Source of the DNA: a bacterium
GTDB lineage: Bacteria; Patescibacteriota; Minisyncoccia; Phycocordibacterales; UBA6899
Direction: 5' to 3'
Assembly: GCA_043756865.1 (NCBI GenBank)
Contig: JAYUQG010000014.1
Span: 2,349 to 66,348, forward strand
DNA length: 64,000 bases
Positions 1-9,975 of this stretch are shown one piece after another (position 1 is the first letter of the stretch; each line of letters starts with the position of its first letter). The notes beneath the pieces are model-generated. The model did no database searches and was not told where the DNA came from. It was given only the letters and a program-made list of their open reading frames with translations. Position numbers and translations under genes: made by a program.

Positions 1-700
1 ATACAATGAAATATTTACCTTGAAATGTTTTTGCGTCCTGCTGAAGTGAAATGTCAAAAGGATCTGGGGCAATGTTGTCTTCATGTACAATCTTGAGCCA
101 CTCATTTGATAACCCTTTTGAAACGAGCGCACGAGTATAGTCCCCGCCAATGGTTGCGAGCGGTGCAGGCGTACCGAATCCGTCATTCAATAATACCTGT
201 GTTCCTTCTTGAAATTGCACCGACATAGCAACACTACCAGTTGCCACCTTTCCACCAATCATGTTACCGGGGATGCTAAAGATTATTTTTGCAAGAATGT
301 TTGTTTTGCCGGGGTCACCCTGCACTCGCCCGCAATAGCCTGCGGGAATACCTCCTTCAAACGAGACAACTCCTTTCTCGTGGTCAACGAGCGGCTCAGT
401 AGGCCAAAGTGAGAGCAGTGATTCGCCTTTTGATACCGCAGATGCCTTCATCCAGTCTTTTGGGTACGAAATCTTTGCCGCAACCGCATTGACACAGTCT
501 GCACCATCTGGGTCTAGCCGCACCGTAAGTACAAATGTGTCCCCCGGTCCATATTCACCCGTTCTAGGTTCAATGGAAAGCGTCGCAGCAAAAAGCGTTG
601 TCGGCAGTATGTAAACCACAGCAGTGAGCACAAACAGCGCAATTGCTCCAACCGTTTCGCCTATTGTGGTTCGGGATTTAGTAGTTATCTTTGTGTTCAT
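1..700 (-). CDS. Cohesin-domain exported protein, 3' end outside window (anchor of fibre system I); missing from ORF track
   Basis: Manual translation from ATG at 700: MNTKITTK...signal-like hydrophobic stretch...ATLSIEPRTGEYGPGDTFVLTVRLD...VNAVAAKISYP...LSLWPTEP...GVVSFEGGIP...VLLNDGFGT...DNIAPDPF. Open to the window edge. Paralogous to 31885..33372 (SISPATGAY/FSLWPEEP/ISFAGG/VLAADGKGT). Confidence 0.8.
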   Translation of the reverse strand, partial: MNTKITTKSRTTIGETVGAIALFVLTAVVYILPTTLFAATLSIEPRTGEYGPGDTFVLTVRLDPDGADCVNAVAAKISYPKDWMKASAVSKGESLLSLWPTEPLVDHEKGVVSFEGGIPAGYCGRVQGDPGKTNILAKIIFSIPGNMIGGKVATGSVAMSVQFQEGTQVLLNDGFGTPAPLATIGGDYTRALVSKGLSNEWLKIVHEDNIAPDPFDISLQQDAKTFQGKYFIV

Positions 701-758
701 TGTGTTGCACTCATTGTATCTTTTCTATTGGCTAGTGACTACTTACCACTGACTGTGT

Positions 759-1940
759 CTACCCAGTCCAATGGAACAAAAGGATAGAGAAGTCTGTGAG
801 GTTCACTCTGCCATCCGAGTTTAAGTCTGCAATGCCGTGGTCTGTATCCCAATGGAAGAGCAATATAGAGAAGTCTACAAGATTCACACGACCGTCCCCA
901 TTCAAGTCGGCATTACCAGGCTCTTTTGCATCTTGGGTGCCCACATAGAAATTTATGGCTTGACTGTATCCACTTTTCGCCTGAGGAGGTGTACCAATTT
1001 GTTCAAACATTCCACGTACGGCATGAAATACCTCATCATCAAGACCTGCAGTTGATAAACTGGCATTCCAGAGCCCCGTCGGACTAGAAGTTCCTGTGCC
1101 GCGGGGTTCTTTTTCTTTGTTCACATATAAGGTGACTTTCGCATTTGGTGCAGTGGTGCCGAGTGCATCGAGCACATCTCCGACAGCTACTTTTTTTGTT
1201 GGGAGATCTATTGTCGGAGGAAGAAAAATATTTGAAACAGTAGTGACTGCATTTTGCGTAACCTGAAAGGTTGTCGTAAACATTACAGACCGTACACCAC
1301 GCGCATCGGTCGCCCAAAAACCAAATGTGGTGGGCCCGGGGCTAATTTCCGAAGTTTCGTAAGAAAAATTAGCATTTACATCCGCCTGTGCAACTGCCAC
1401 AACGGTGCCGTCCTTAAGTACGTTCACGTTTGCACTTGGATAGGCCTTACCCTCAAGCACGACTCGTGTTCGCGCACTTACTGGCACGTTTCCATCAAAT
1501 ACGCCGCCCCCACCACTACCACCTGGAGGTGGGGTTGGGGGTGGAGGTGGGGGTGCGGGAGGTGTGGTCGTCGAAATCGGCGGTGACTCCTGTACGCACA
1601 TATTCGTGCAGAGATCTCCAGAGACATTGTTGCCGTCATCGCATTGTTCAAGATAGAGCGCTTGGAGTGTCGAGTCTCCACAATACGGTCCGTAACCCGA
1701 GCATGTTGCATTGCATCGACGCTGTGCAGTGGTCGAGCCATAGGCACCATCGTTGAACAATCCGTCGTCACATACTTCTCCGGGATTAATAATTGCATCG
1801 TTGCAAATGGAGATGCGAATCGTCGTAGTCGCGAGTATTTGTGCGCGCACAACCGTGGGAACAAAAATGCCCTCACCCATTGGGAGGAGGAACAATGCCA
1901 CTAGCCCCACCCCGAGTACGTTTCGGAAAATATACTTCAT
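759..1940 (-). CDS. Secreted protein with Cys-rich (DUF4215-like) repeats, Pro/Gly linker, two Ig-like domains and C-terminal dockerin
   Basis: Signal peptide ending VRA. CNDAIINPGEVCDDG and CGDS...EQCDDGNNVSGDLC repeats. Duplicated Ca-binding loop DLNGDGRVNLVDFSILL / DLNSDGRVNLTDFSILL. Confidence 0.85.
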   Translation of the reverse strand: MKYIFRNVLGVGLVALFLLPMGEGIFVPTVVRAQILATTTIRISICNDAIINPGEVCDDGLFNDGAYGSTTAQRRCNATCSGYGPYCGDSTLQALYLEQCDDGNNVSGDLCTNMCVQESPPISTTTPPAPPPPPPTPPPGGSGGGGVFDGNVPVSARTRVVLEGKAYPSANVNVLKDGTVVAVAQADVNANFSYETSEISPGPTTFGFWATDARGVRSVMFTTTFQVTQNAVTTVSNIFLPPTIDLPTKKVAVGDVLDALGTTAPNAKVTLYVNKEKEPRGTGTSSPTGLWNASLSTAGLDDEVFHAVRGMFEQIGTPPQAKSGYSQAINFYVGTQDAKEPGNADLNGDGRVNLVDFSILLFHWDTDHGIADLNSDGRVNLTDFSILLFHWTG

Positions 1941-1951
1941 GAACTTGAATG

Positions 1952-2992
1952 CTATCGCTTACGTGAAAGGTCTACAACACCGCCTGACGCAACTGGGCGT
2001 CTACGCACAATTGGCTCATCGCGAGGCTCATCTCTTGGTGCAGAATCACGAGGTGTTCGCTCTTGGCGTCGTCTTGGCTTGCGCTTGAGGAATACAAAAC
2101 CCGCCACTATCGCCACCAGAAGTGTGGCGGGAATAATCACCGAAAGTTGATCTCCAATCCGCAGTCCTTCAAAGCCGTATGTCTCGTACCCCGTAATCGT
2201 GCCACGTGGAAGTACGGACATTGCGAGCTCACCTTGCTGCGCAACACGCTTTTCATCTTTTTGGATTGTATACTTTACGCGATAGCCTCCAGGAGGCAAC
2301 CACGTAGGCAAATACGCGAATACTTTTTTGGTATCAAATGGGAGTATTGTTTCAACAACATTTGTACTGAGTGTAGATTCTAACAGCTGCTGACCAGTCA
2401 CATCGTACACATCCATAGTCACCTTTGCAGGTGCGGAAGGTACATTTCCCGTATTTTCAATATACATCGCAAACTTAATTTTCCCAGGAAAGTCGAGCCA
2501 CCATTTGGCGTATCCTTGCTCTGCTTCAAAGAGTTCGACGCGTCGTACTTCAAAATTATATATCTCGTCAACAACATTCAGCTGTACATCAATTTGCGCA
2601 CCGAGCGCCAAAGAAACTCCTGTCGATGGGCCAGTTGAAGAAAATGTACGTATACGAATATTTCCATTATATGCGCCAAGTTTTGCGTCCTCAGGGACGC
2701 GCACCGTCACGTGCAGTTTCACCTGAGATTCACCCTTCGGAAGAATAAACTTCATGCCGCGGTCAAAAGAGAACCATCCTTCGATTGCGGGGAGGTTGAG
2801 TGCAAGTTCTGCGTTTAAGTCTTCAACTGGGTCACTGCGCACAATCACAATCTCCTGCGTGTACTCACTTCCAGGACGCAGTGTGTCATTGTGTACATAC
2901 GGAGGGGTAATACCAAAACCCGCGAATGCAAGATTCACAGTTCCTCCATAAAGGAAAACGCACACGGCAAAAAAAAGTATCCCCTGCCTCAT
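1952..2992 (-). CDS. DUF916/WxL-interacting-like two-Ig-domain protein with C-terminal TM anchor (putative assembly chaperone)
   Basis: Signal peptide, GITPP start motif, VRVPEDAKLGAYNG, ENTGNVP, TM helix then basic tail ending VVDLSRKR. Start moved to ATG 2992 (TATCCT -10 six nt upstream). Confidence 0.7.
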   Translation of the reverse strand: MRQGILFFAVCVFLYGGTVNLAFAGFGITPPYVHNDTLRPGSEYTQEIVIVRSDPVEDLNAELALNLPAIEGWFSFDRGMKFILPKGESQVKLHVTVRVPEDAKLGAYNGNIRIRTFSSTGPSTGVSLALGAQIDVQLNVVDEIYNFEVRRVELFEAEQGYAKWWLDFPGKIKFAMYIENTGNVPSAPAKVTMDVYDVTGQQLLESTLSTNVVETILPFDTKKVFAYLPTWLPPGGYRVKYTIQKDEKRVAQQGELAMSVLPRGTITGYETYGFEGLRIGDQLSVIIPATLLVAIVAGFVFLKRKPRRRQERTPRDSAPRDEPRDEPIVRRRPVASGGVVDLSRKR

Positions 2993-3068
2993 ATAATTAG
3001 GATACTGCAATTGTAACATGCACCACAAAATAAGATGCAAAAGAAGGATGTGGACGAGAAGTGGATAT

Positions 3069-3213
3069 CCGCTCGGGATTATTCAAGCTGAAAGGCACAC
3101 GGTCGGCGCCTTCCGGCGAGCGCCGCCGTCACACTCGGGCAATTGCCCCATAAGAATGGGGACCAAGCCAATTGTCCTGCGTGAGACCTTTCAGCTTAAA
3201 TAATCCCTCGCTC
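3069..3213 (-). repeat. Structured repeat family A, copy 1 (three-way junction RNA/ssDNA element)
   Basis: 21-bp closing stem (one G-U on the minus strand) plus two internal hairpins. Homologous to 10476..10619 and 31763..31885. Confidence 0.85.
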
Positions 3214-3390
3214 CCGAGGTGAGAGTTAGCAATGTGTGGAGTCCCAAAACTTCATCATTCTCCTCGCTCCAAAGAAAAGAGCAAACAACTGTGCTGCGTG
3301 AGTGCTTTCATTTTGAACAGTCCTTCGCTCCAGAGGTGGGAGTTAACATTGTCGTCTGGAGTTCCAAAACTAGAACATTCTCCTCACTAA
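3169..3390. repeat. Imperfect tandem duplication (~117-120 bp period) containing the 5' half of family A and its leader
   Basis: ctgcgtgag at 3177 and 3294; ccaaaact and cattctcctc recur ~120 bp apart. Confidence 0.75.
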
Positions 3391-3428
3391 AAAGTACAGT
3401 GCTGGTGGCTGTGCTTTGTGTATTCTAC

Positions 3429-3562
3429 TAAAAAACTTTCATAATTTTGATGGATTTCAGTTTTTTCGCGTCGGGAGTGTTTGAGAAGGTGTATGAGTTA
3501 TACATCATCCAAACCTTTCGACGATGAAAAAACTGAAAGGCGCAAAATTTGAAAGTTTTTTA
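3429..3562. repeat. Palindromic repeat family B, copy 1 (TA-flanked, MITE/RPE-like)
   Basis: Terminal inverted repeat TAAAAAACTTTCA...TGAAAGTTTTTTA and a long imperfect hairpin. Overlaps the TAA stop of 3560..5449. Confidence 0.8.
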
Positions 3563-5449
3563 CCAGTTGGCGCGCTCGCCGACAATACCTATAAGCGTAT
3601 TTTGACCTAAATAGTCACCAGAAAGTGTAATCGCTATGGGAACCGCGATGCCCCAATGTGTCGTACTTGATGCTTGCACACTAACGGAAGTTGATTTTGG
3701 AACGTTAAGCTCGATTTCGGCTCCTGGATTCGCAAGGAGTACCGTCGCTACTCCGTAGGCAAGTGTAGACGAGGCATATCTTTGGTTGGCGATAAAAATG
3801 GTTGAAGTTGCATTTCCAGAGCACGCTGCTGGGTAACCCGGACACATATTTACACCGTATAAAGTTTCATCCATTCCCACATTTCCCGCCGCGCGCAGTC
3901 CTGTTTGGTTTTGAGCTGTGTTTCCCACAGTGACTGTATCTTGCCCTGGTTGCAAACCTCCATAAGCGATAGTGGTAGTAGACACGGTGTATGCGAGAAA
4001 ACTTGTGAGCTCAGTACCTGATGTACTTTCAACGAGTGAGCTTGATGACGCATTGTCGTCGAATGCCCGAGCAGAGGCTAACCAGTTTTCTGCAAAATTC
4101 GGAGGATCTGTTGTGGGGACACCGTTACCATCCGTTGCTTCTGAAATATACCAAAGCGGAAATGTACAATCCCAAATGACATCTGAGTCTGTAGAACCGA
4201 GGCATGAAGTTGAACTTGCAACACAGTTCATGCTGTGCGTGGCAACAGTAGTCGTTGCAGGGCCAGGGTAACAATTGTTGGCATTATACTCCCCTGCTAT
4301 GTCGCAACCTGCCTGCGTTATTCCTGAGCGGTAAGTATTTGTGAACCCTGAAATAATCTCGCTTCCCGCAGCAAGATTCTGGCAACTATTCTGATCAGTG
4401 ACGGTGTATCGAACAGAAAATCCTTGCGTCTGAGTTGCAATGCCAGTAAGTGTGAGTGGTCCAGTCTGATCAGTATCAAGAAGTGAAATTGAAGCTGCAG
4501 CGATAGTTGGGGTCACATTGCTTACAAAAATCGAGGAATCCGCCCCCTGCGATCCCCCCGATGCCGCATGTGAACCGTGTTGGTCAATAATAAATCCAAA
4601 TGCCGTGTATGTTCCATCACGATAGGGAATCGCAAGCAATGTTGAAGTGGAAGGATTAGCTGCACTAAACGTGGATGTAGCCCACACTCCCCCTGGTCCG
4701 CAATTTGTGCCGGTAAAATCATTTGCACGGCAGACAAATAGTCTCACATCGTCTTGGTCAGCACCGATGTCCCCTGCGTATGTGTCAGTATCGGAGGAAG
4801 TTGCATAGAATATCACGGTACCACCCGGGTTTGTGGGGGAATTATCCATAAAAAAGGTAAATGTCGGGCGGTGGTTCACCACAAAAGGAGAACGCTCCCC
4901 CTCAGCACCGGGAGTGGTGGAACCTTGTCGAAATGCGGCATTGCAGGAGGCTCCGGGGCTTGTGCCGTCGCAAACCCAACCAAACCACGCATTAAACTCT
5001 GCGTTGAATTGCGAACCGATGCCTTCTGTTGTTGTGGTTGCAGCAGAAGCTCGAGCACCATTGGTGGTGGTTGCGGAAACCGCCCATTGGTTTGTATCGC
5101 CACCGTTACAATCGGGACGTCCGAGTGGACGTGGCGTGGGCAAGCCGCTTGTTTTGCAAATAAGTAGAAAGTAATTGTCGTTTGAAGAGTCGTTTGCTGA
5201 TCCTAGCCAAGTGATGACGCTTCCTGTATTTGTTGGTGTGGTTGTGGATGAAGGCGTGCTTTCATGTGCATCTTCAGCCCATTGCGGCGGAGTATTCAAT
5301 ACGGTAACTGAAGTAGTGGCTGAATCAGCCAATGCCACGTTCCCGCGGGGAATGTCCGCAACGAGCCCAAAACAAATAACAAATACGCCAAGTAGCGTTG
5401 TCGCGATACTGATTTTTCCCGTGATTGTGCTGTATCTTTCCCTCAACAT
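3560..5449 (-). CDS. Secreted multi-Ig protein, putative major subunit of fibre system I
   Basis: Signal peptide ending ALA, no TM anchor. C-terminal ~300 aa homologous to the C-terminus of the 6246-aa protein (TVTDxN, NNCY, AENW, Q(R/K)YA(S/T)ST, WG(I/L)xVP). Start moved to 5449 because the ATG at 5467 overlaps TATAAT. Confidence 0.7.
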   Translation of the reverse strand: MLRERYSTITGKISIATTLLGVFVICFGLVADIPRGNVALADSATTSVTVLNTPPQWAEDAHESTPSSTTTPTNTGSVITWLGSANDSSNDNYFLLICKTSGLPTPRPLGRPDCNGGDTNQWAVSATTTNGARASAATTTTEGIGSQFNAEFNAWFGWVCDGTSPGASCNAAFRQGSTTPGAEGERSPFVVNHRPTFTFFMDNSPTNPGGTVIFYATSSDTDTYAGDIGADQDDVRLFVCRANDFTGTNCGPGGVWATSTFSAANPSTSTLLAIPYRDGTYTAFGFIIDQHGSHAASGGSQGADSSIFVSNVTPTIAAASISLLDTDQTGPLTLTGIATQTQGFSVRYTVTDQNSCQNLAAGSEIISGFTNTYRSGITQAGCDIAGEYNANNCYPGPATTTVATHSMNCVASSTSCLGSTDSDVIWDCTFPLWYISEATDGNGVPTTDPPNFAENWLASARAFDDNASSSSLVESTSGTELTSFLAYTVSTTTIAYGGLQPGQDTVTVGNTAQNQTGLRAAGNVGMDETLYGVNMCPGYPAACSGNATSTIFIANQRYASSTLAYGVATVLLANPGAEIELNVPKSTSVSVQASSTTHWGIAVPIAITLSGDYLGQNTLIGIVGERANW

Positions 5450-5614
5450 ATAGAAACTTAAGACCATTATACATGAGCAATCCGCAAAAAAGGCAATAAG
5501 TTATACACAGTTTCAGAAAAAGATGGCAGAAATTTAGCCGAACCAGAAGAACAAAAAAAATATTGTCAGATTTTCTGTATTTTTCCTACTCCCTACTACT
5601 CCACTATCTTGCCA

Positions 5615-6823
5615 TTATTTATATCTAATCGCGTCAAGCGGATTTAAGCTTGCAGCGCGTCGGGCAGGAAATACTCCTGTCATAAAACCTACAATTGCAG
5701 AGAAAATGGCGATAAAAGTGAGAAATGTCAGAGGAAATGCAAAAAGGGAAACTGATTTTCCTCCAAAATTTGATGCGGCAACATTCATAGCACTATTAAT
5801 AACAAACCCAATAGTCCCGCCAAAAATAATACCCATGATTCCGCCAAGAAATCCCACAATGACTGCCTCTGCGACGAAAAGAATCTTGATGTCCCCCGAT
5901 GATGCACCGAGCGTGCGCATAATACCGATTTCTGCGGTGCGCTCGAGGAGGGTAACCGTCATGGTGTTGAACATTCCGATTGCAGATACCGTAAGCGCAA
6001 TACCTCCAAATACTGCAAGCACTGCCTGAATACCTTGAAAAATCTTATTCGCTTGTTCAACAGTCTTTGAGAGGGCAGTAACAACGAATCCTTTTTTTAC
6101 AATTTCTGCCTGGGTTGCGTCCAAAAACTCACTCTTTGTTATACGCACTTGCGCCTTATCGTAAGACTTTATTTCCAGATGTCCTGCGAGTTCAGCGAGT
6201 GTGATAATCGAAGCAATAAAATTTTCTTCGTTGGTGACCGCAACAATCTTATATGCCTTATTGATGGTCACCTCCTCGGAATCGTCCGTACCCTCGATGG
6301 GGACAAACACGCGAAATGTTGCCATCTTGCCCATGACGTCTTGTGGTTCTTTGTATCCAAAAAGCTTGAGTACCGCTTTTGTCACAATAATGCCATCTTT
6401 GTCCTTTGCTTCATTACCATCTTTAAAAAGCTCTCCCACAACAGCATTTGCACCGGTGTAGCGAAAGTATGGAGGTTCGGCACCCTGTAGAAAGGTATTC
6501 CCTGTAAGTCCGTCAATTGTAATAAGCGCAGGAAAACTGGCGAGTGGTGATACGTCCTTTACATCGGCCAGCCCTTCGAATTCTTTAATCGCTTTATCGG
6601 TAATCTGCACGACGCGCGAAGGAGGATTGTTTACCGCAAGTGAGAGTAGCGTCTCACCGAAAACGATTTGTTCGAGAATGATATTTTGTAGACCAAAGCC
6701 GAGTCCCACCAGTGTTACCACTGCGCCAGTACCCACACCCATGCCCGCAATAGTAAGCCACGTACGAGTGGGGTTCGTCTTAAACGCACGAGTGGAAAGC
6801 ATTGCGATGTCTTGCAGGCGCAT
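5615..6823 (-). CDS. ABC transporter permease, MacB/FtsX family
   Basis: N-terminal RTWLTIAGMGVG helix, large extracytoplasmic loop, ERTAEIGIMRTLGA and PARRAASLNPLDAIRY motifs. Confidence 0.92.
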   Translation of the reverse strand: MRLQDIAMLSTRAFKTNPTRTWLTIAGMGVGTGAVVTLVGLGFGLQNIILEQIVFGETLLSLAVNNPPSRVVQITDKAIKEFEGLADVKDVSPLASFPALITIDGLTGNTFLQGAEPPYFRYTGANAVVGELFKDGNEAKDKDGIIVTKAVLKLFGYKEPQDVMGKMATFRVFVPIEGTDDSEEVTINKAYKIVAVTNEENFIASIITLAELAGHLEIKSYDKAQVRITKSEFLDATQAEIVKKGFVVTALSKTVEQANKIFQGIQAVLAVFGGIALTVSAIGMFNTMTVTLLERTAEIGIMRTLGASSGDIKILFVAEAVIVGFLGGIMGIIFGGTIGFVINSAMNVAASNFGGKSVSLFAFPLTFLTFIAIFSAIVGFMTGVFPARRAASLNPLDAIRYK

Positions 6824-6952
6824 ATGATTCTATTATAGAAGAGAAGCGAGAACTCACCAAGTTCTCTCCGCACGCTGTGTACCCAAAATTGACACGACGC
6901 GAGAATGACTTACTCTTGAAAAAGACTTCTTTTCTTTGAATAGGATACCCCC

Positions 6953-8251
6953 ATGTCCCTCGACATTTATGTAAAACGCCGCGCACGGCTTGCCAAAAAA
7001 TTGGGTACAGGTGCGGTTGCAATTATTCCCAGTGGACGAATGGTGCAGAGGAACGGTGACGTGCATTACCCATTTCGCCCCGATAGCGACTTCTTCTACC
7101 TTACAGGTTTCTCGGAACCAAATGCGCTCATTGTCCTTACGGGCGGTAAAGCAACATGCTCTGTGTTGTTCTGTGCACCGAAGGATCCAGAGAAGGAGTT
7201 GTGGGAGGGAGAGCGCATTGGCCCGAGAAAGGCGAAGCGTAACTTTGCATTTACTGCAGCCTACCCTGCCACATACGACGAAGATATGTGGCAACGCATT
7301 CGCGTATTCACAAACCCCGCAGTGAAAAAAGGCTTGCTTTCTTTTGCCGCGGGAGCACAGTCTCTCCTTCCTGAAGTAGTTGACCCCTCCGCAAAGAGCG
7401 CTACTGACCTGGCTGCATGCATTGGTGAAATGCGTCTTATCAAGTCTGCAAATGAGATTGCCACAATGCAGAAGGCGGCGAGTATTTCTGCGCGCGCACA
7501 CAAGGCGATACTTTTCATTGCGAAACCGCATATGCGCGAGTATGAACTTGAGGCCGAGCTCGCCTATCGTTTTCGCATCGCGGGCGGAGACCCACTCCAT
7601 GCCTACCCCCCGATTGTTGCGTCAGGAAAAAATGCATGCACGCTCCACTACACCAAAAATGACGCACTCCTTCGGAGTGGAGACCTCGTTCTCATTGATG
7701 CGGGTTGTGAGTATGAGGGATATGCCTCTGACATCACAAGGACGTTCCCCGCCAACGGCAAATTCACCAAAGCCCAGCGGACTCTATATGACATGGTGCT
7801 TCGTGCGCAGCTTGCTGCAATCAAAAAAGTGAAACCTGGCGTGCCACTCCATGAAGTGCACACCGCTGCAGCACTGGTCATTGCAGCAGGATTGTTGGAA
7901 CTTGGTTGGGTATATGCTGACGACGCATGGGAAGTTATTGCACGCAATCTTCATCGCCCCTACTTTCCGCATGGTACGAGCCACTGGCTAGGAAGTGACG
8001 TACATGACTCAGGCAATTACGAGCGGAGCGAAGATACGCGCAAGGCTATGCGGGTGCTTGAACCAGGAATGGTCATTACCGTGGAACCGGGACTCTATGT
8101 ACGCCCACAGAAAGGGATTCCGAGGGCATTCTGGAACATTGGTATCCGCATTGAAGATGATGTTCTTGTTACCAAGGACGGAAACACGGTACTCTCAAAG
8201 GAGGCGCCGAAAGATCCGGACGAAATTGAAAACATCATGGCTGCCAAGTAG
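6953..8251 (+). CDS. pepP: Xaa-Pro aminopeptidase (aminopeptidase P, M24B)
   Basis: FRPDSDFFYLTG, LHY, DAGCEYEGYASDITRT, HGTSHWLGSDVHD, TVEPGLY and GIRIEDD metal-site motifs. Confidence 0.95.
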   Translation: MSLDIYVKRRARLAKKLGTGAVAIIPSGRMVQRNGDVHYPFRPDSDFFYLTGFSEPNALIVLTGGKATCSVLFCAPKDPEKELWEGERIGPRKAKRNFAFTAAYPATYDEDMWQRIRVFTNPAVKKGLLSFAAGAQSLLPEVVDPSAKSATDLAACIGEMRLIKSANEIATMQKAASISARAHKAILFIAKPHMREYELEAELAYRFRIAGGDPLHAYPPIVASGKNACTLHYTKNDALLRSGDLVLIDAGCEYEGYASDITRTFPANGKFTKAQRTLYDMVLRAQLAAIKKVKPGVPLHEVHTAAALVIAAGLLELGWVYADDAWEVIARNLHRPYFPHGTSHWLGSDVHDSGNYERSEDTRKAMRVLEPGMVITVEPGLYVRPQKGIPRAFWNIGIRIEDDVLVTKDGNTVLSKEAPKDPDEIENIMAAK

Positions 8252-8260
8252 CCCACAAAC

Positions 8261-8286
8261 AACCGACCCACATAGGTCGGTTTTTT
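8261..8286 (+). terminator. Intrinsic terminator of pepP
   Basis: aaccgacc-cacata-ggtcggtt followed by a T run. Confidence 0.8.
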
Positions 8287-8370
8287 ATTAACTACAGACA
8301 CCAGACAAAGACAAAGACAAAGAATTTTACCCTTAATTTCGTTTTCTACAACTCTTAAACTTTGCCACAG

Positions 8371-8502
8371 TAGCAGTCGCAAAATTTTGGATGGAATGCG
8401 AGGCGACAAGGGTATGATGTTTGAGCGGACGTACTCCTCGTACGTTCGCCAAACTCATGCCCGCAGTCAACAAAGCAGTCCGCCAAAATTTTGCGACTGC
8501 TA
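8371..8502. repeat. Palindromic repeat family B, copy 2
   Basis: Perfect 20-bp terminal inverted repeat TAGCAGTCGCAAAATTTTGG / CCAAAATTTTGCGACTGCTA and an inner hairpin. Overlaps the TAG stop at 8500-8502. Confidence 0.85.
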
Positions 8503-9828
8503 GTGGTGGGCTTCGCCGGTGCGTGGAATACCCAATGCAATCAACTTCTCAATCAACCTTGTCACATCAAACGACTGTTTCTTGTTTAACCCCACTCCCC
8601 CTTCTTTCGTGGAAAGTTCAATTTGTGCCGAAAATTCATCACGTTTTGTAAATCCGCCAATACGTTGCGCGATGAAGTCTTCAAAGTGTTGTTTTTCGGA
8701 AGGTGCGAGCGAAAGAGAGAACTGATCTGAAACAAATTCAGCAATACGGTTTATAAATTCCATGTCGCGGATCTGTGTCCCTATTGCATTCTTGCGTCGA
8801 CGAAAACGCTGAATATCGAGGGAATGCTCGACAACAGACATCAATTTTGAAGACATTTCTGATGCGCGTGCCACAGGAAGTCCGACTCCTCCGCTTTCAA
8901 AATCTGCCATGAGTATGCGCAGGTATGCTGAGCCATCCATACGTCCGGAAATAACTGCCTCAGTTACTTTTTGTAAGCGCATAATTTGATCAAAGGTCAA
9001 TTCCTCGATGAGGTAATTGACGATGCTCTTCACCTGCAGTTCGTTTGGTGAGTCATAGGGATAAATACGGGCAATCTGCTCAATCTCGGTGACTATTGTC
9101 GTACCGGGTGCAAGCTTGAGAATTTGTTTCTTTTCAGGGTTTGGCACAATACGCTCAATCTTTCCGTCTGCCATATACACAATGCGGTGAGCATATGGGA
9201 GGTACTTTGCATCGTGTGTCACAAGAATAACCGTCTTTTTATCTTTATCGTTTATCTCTGCAAGTGTATTCATAACCTGTGCCGCAGTGATGGAGTCAAG
9301 GTTTCCGACCGGCTCATCAGCAATCAAGATCTGTGGATCATTCACCAAGGAGCGTGCGACAGAAACGCGCTGCTGCTGTCCACCCGAGAGCAGTGTCGGA
9401 CGTTTGTTTGCAACGTGGTCAATCATAAAACGGCGACACAATTCCATGCCACGCTCATAACGCTCATTGGGAGCAACTCCGTCAAAAATAAGCGGAAGCG
9501 CAACATTGTCCAAGACCGTAATAGATGGAATAAGGTTAAACGACTGGTACATGATACCCATCGTCTTACGTTGAAAGTGCACCATCTGCATTGGCGTAAA
9601 GTCATAGATACTTTCACCATTCACGTACATCTTCCCCGCCGAAGGCTCCAGCACTCCGAACATACAATAGAGCAGGGTCGACTTTCCGCAACCAGATGGA
9701 CCGAAAAGAATGATGTATTCTTGGTCAAAAATCTCGACGGTAGCACCCTTATTTGCCTTGAATTCATTCTCCTTTCCAAGGTTATAGGTAATTTCAATCT
9801 GGTCTCCAAAAATAATCGGTTTTGCCAT
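8500..9828 (-). CDS. ABC transporter ATP-binding protein (LolD/MacB-like) with ~200-aa duplicated C-terminal extension
   Basis: GPSGCGKST, LSGGQQQRV, ILIADEPVGNLD, VTHD. The extension has two GGVGL-containing repeats. Start moved to 9828. Confidence 0.92.
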   Translation of the reverse strand: MAKPIIFGDQIEITYNLGKENEFKANKGATVEIFDQEYIILFGPSGCGKSTLLYCMFGVLEPSAGKMYVNGESIYDFTPMQMVHFQRKTMGIMYQSFNLIPSITVLDNVALPLIFDGVAPNERYERGMELCRRFMIDHVANKRPTLLSGGQQQRVSVARSLVNDPQILIADEPVGNLDSITAAQVMNTLAEINDKDKKTVILVTHDAKYLPYAHRIVYMADGKIERIVPNPEKKQILKLAPGTTIVTEIEQIARIYPYDSPNELQVKSIVNYLIEELTFDQIMRLQKVTEAVISGRMDGSAYLRILMADFESGGVGLPVARASEMSSKLMSVVEHSLDIQRFRRRKNAIGTQIRDMEFINRIAEFVSDQFSLSLAPSEKQHFEDFIAQRIGGFTKRDEFSAQIELSTKEGGVGLNKKQSFDVTRLIEKLIALGIPRTGEAHH

Positions 9829-9975
9829 GGCTCCCTCTATTATATAGAAGAGAATCAAAACCTCCCATGGGGAAACCCACTTTTCATAAGTGCGCTACAG
9901 AATTAATGCACTTTGATTTGCTATTTCTTTAATAGTGTGATATAATAATATAGTTCAACAAACAAGGAATTCAGG

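Noticed and set aside
3169-3562. CRISPR array
   Set aside because: Only two long degenerate units, no constant repeat-spacer pattern and no cas genes.
8303-8323. AGACAA short tandem repeat
   Set aside because: About three copies in an intergenic region after a terminator; no plausible phase-variation target.
8371-8502. Integron attC sites
   Set aside because: No RYYYAAC...GTTRRRY core and no integrase in the window.
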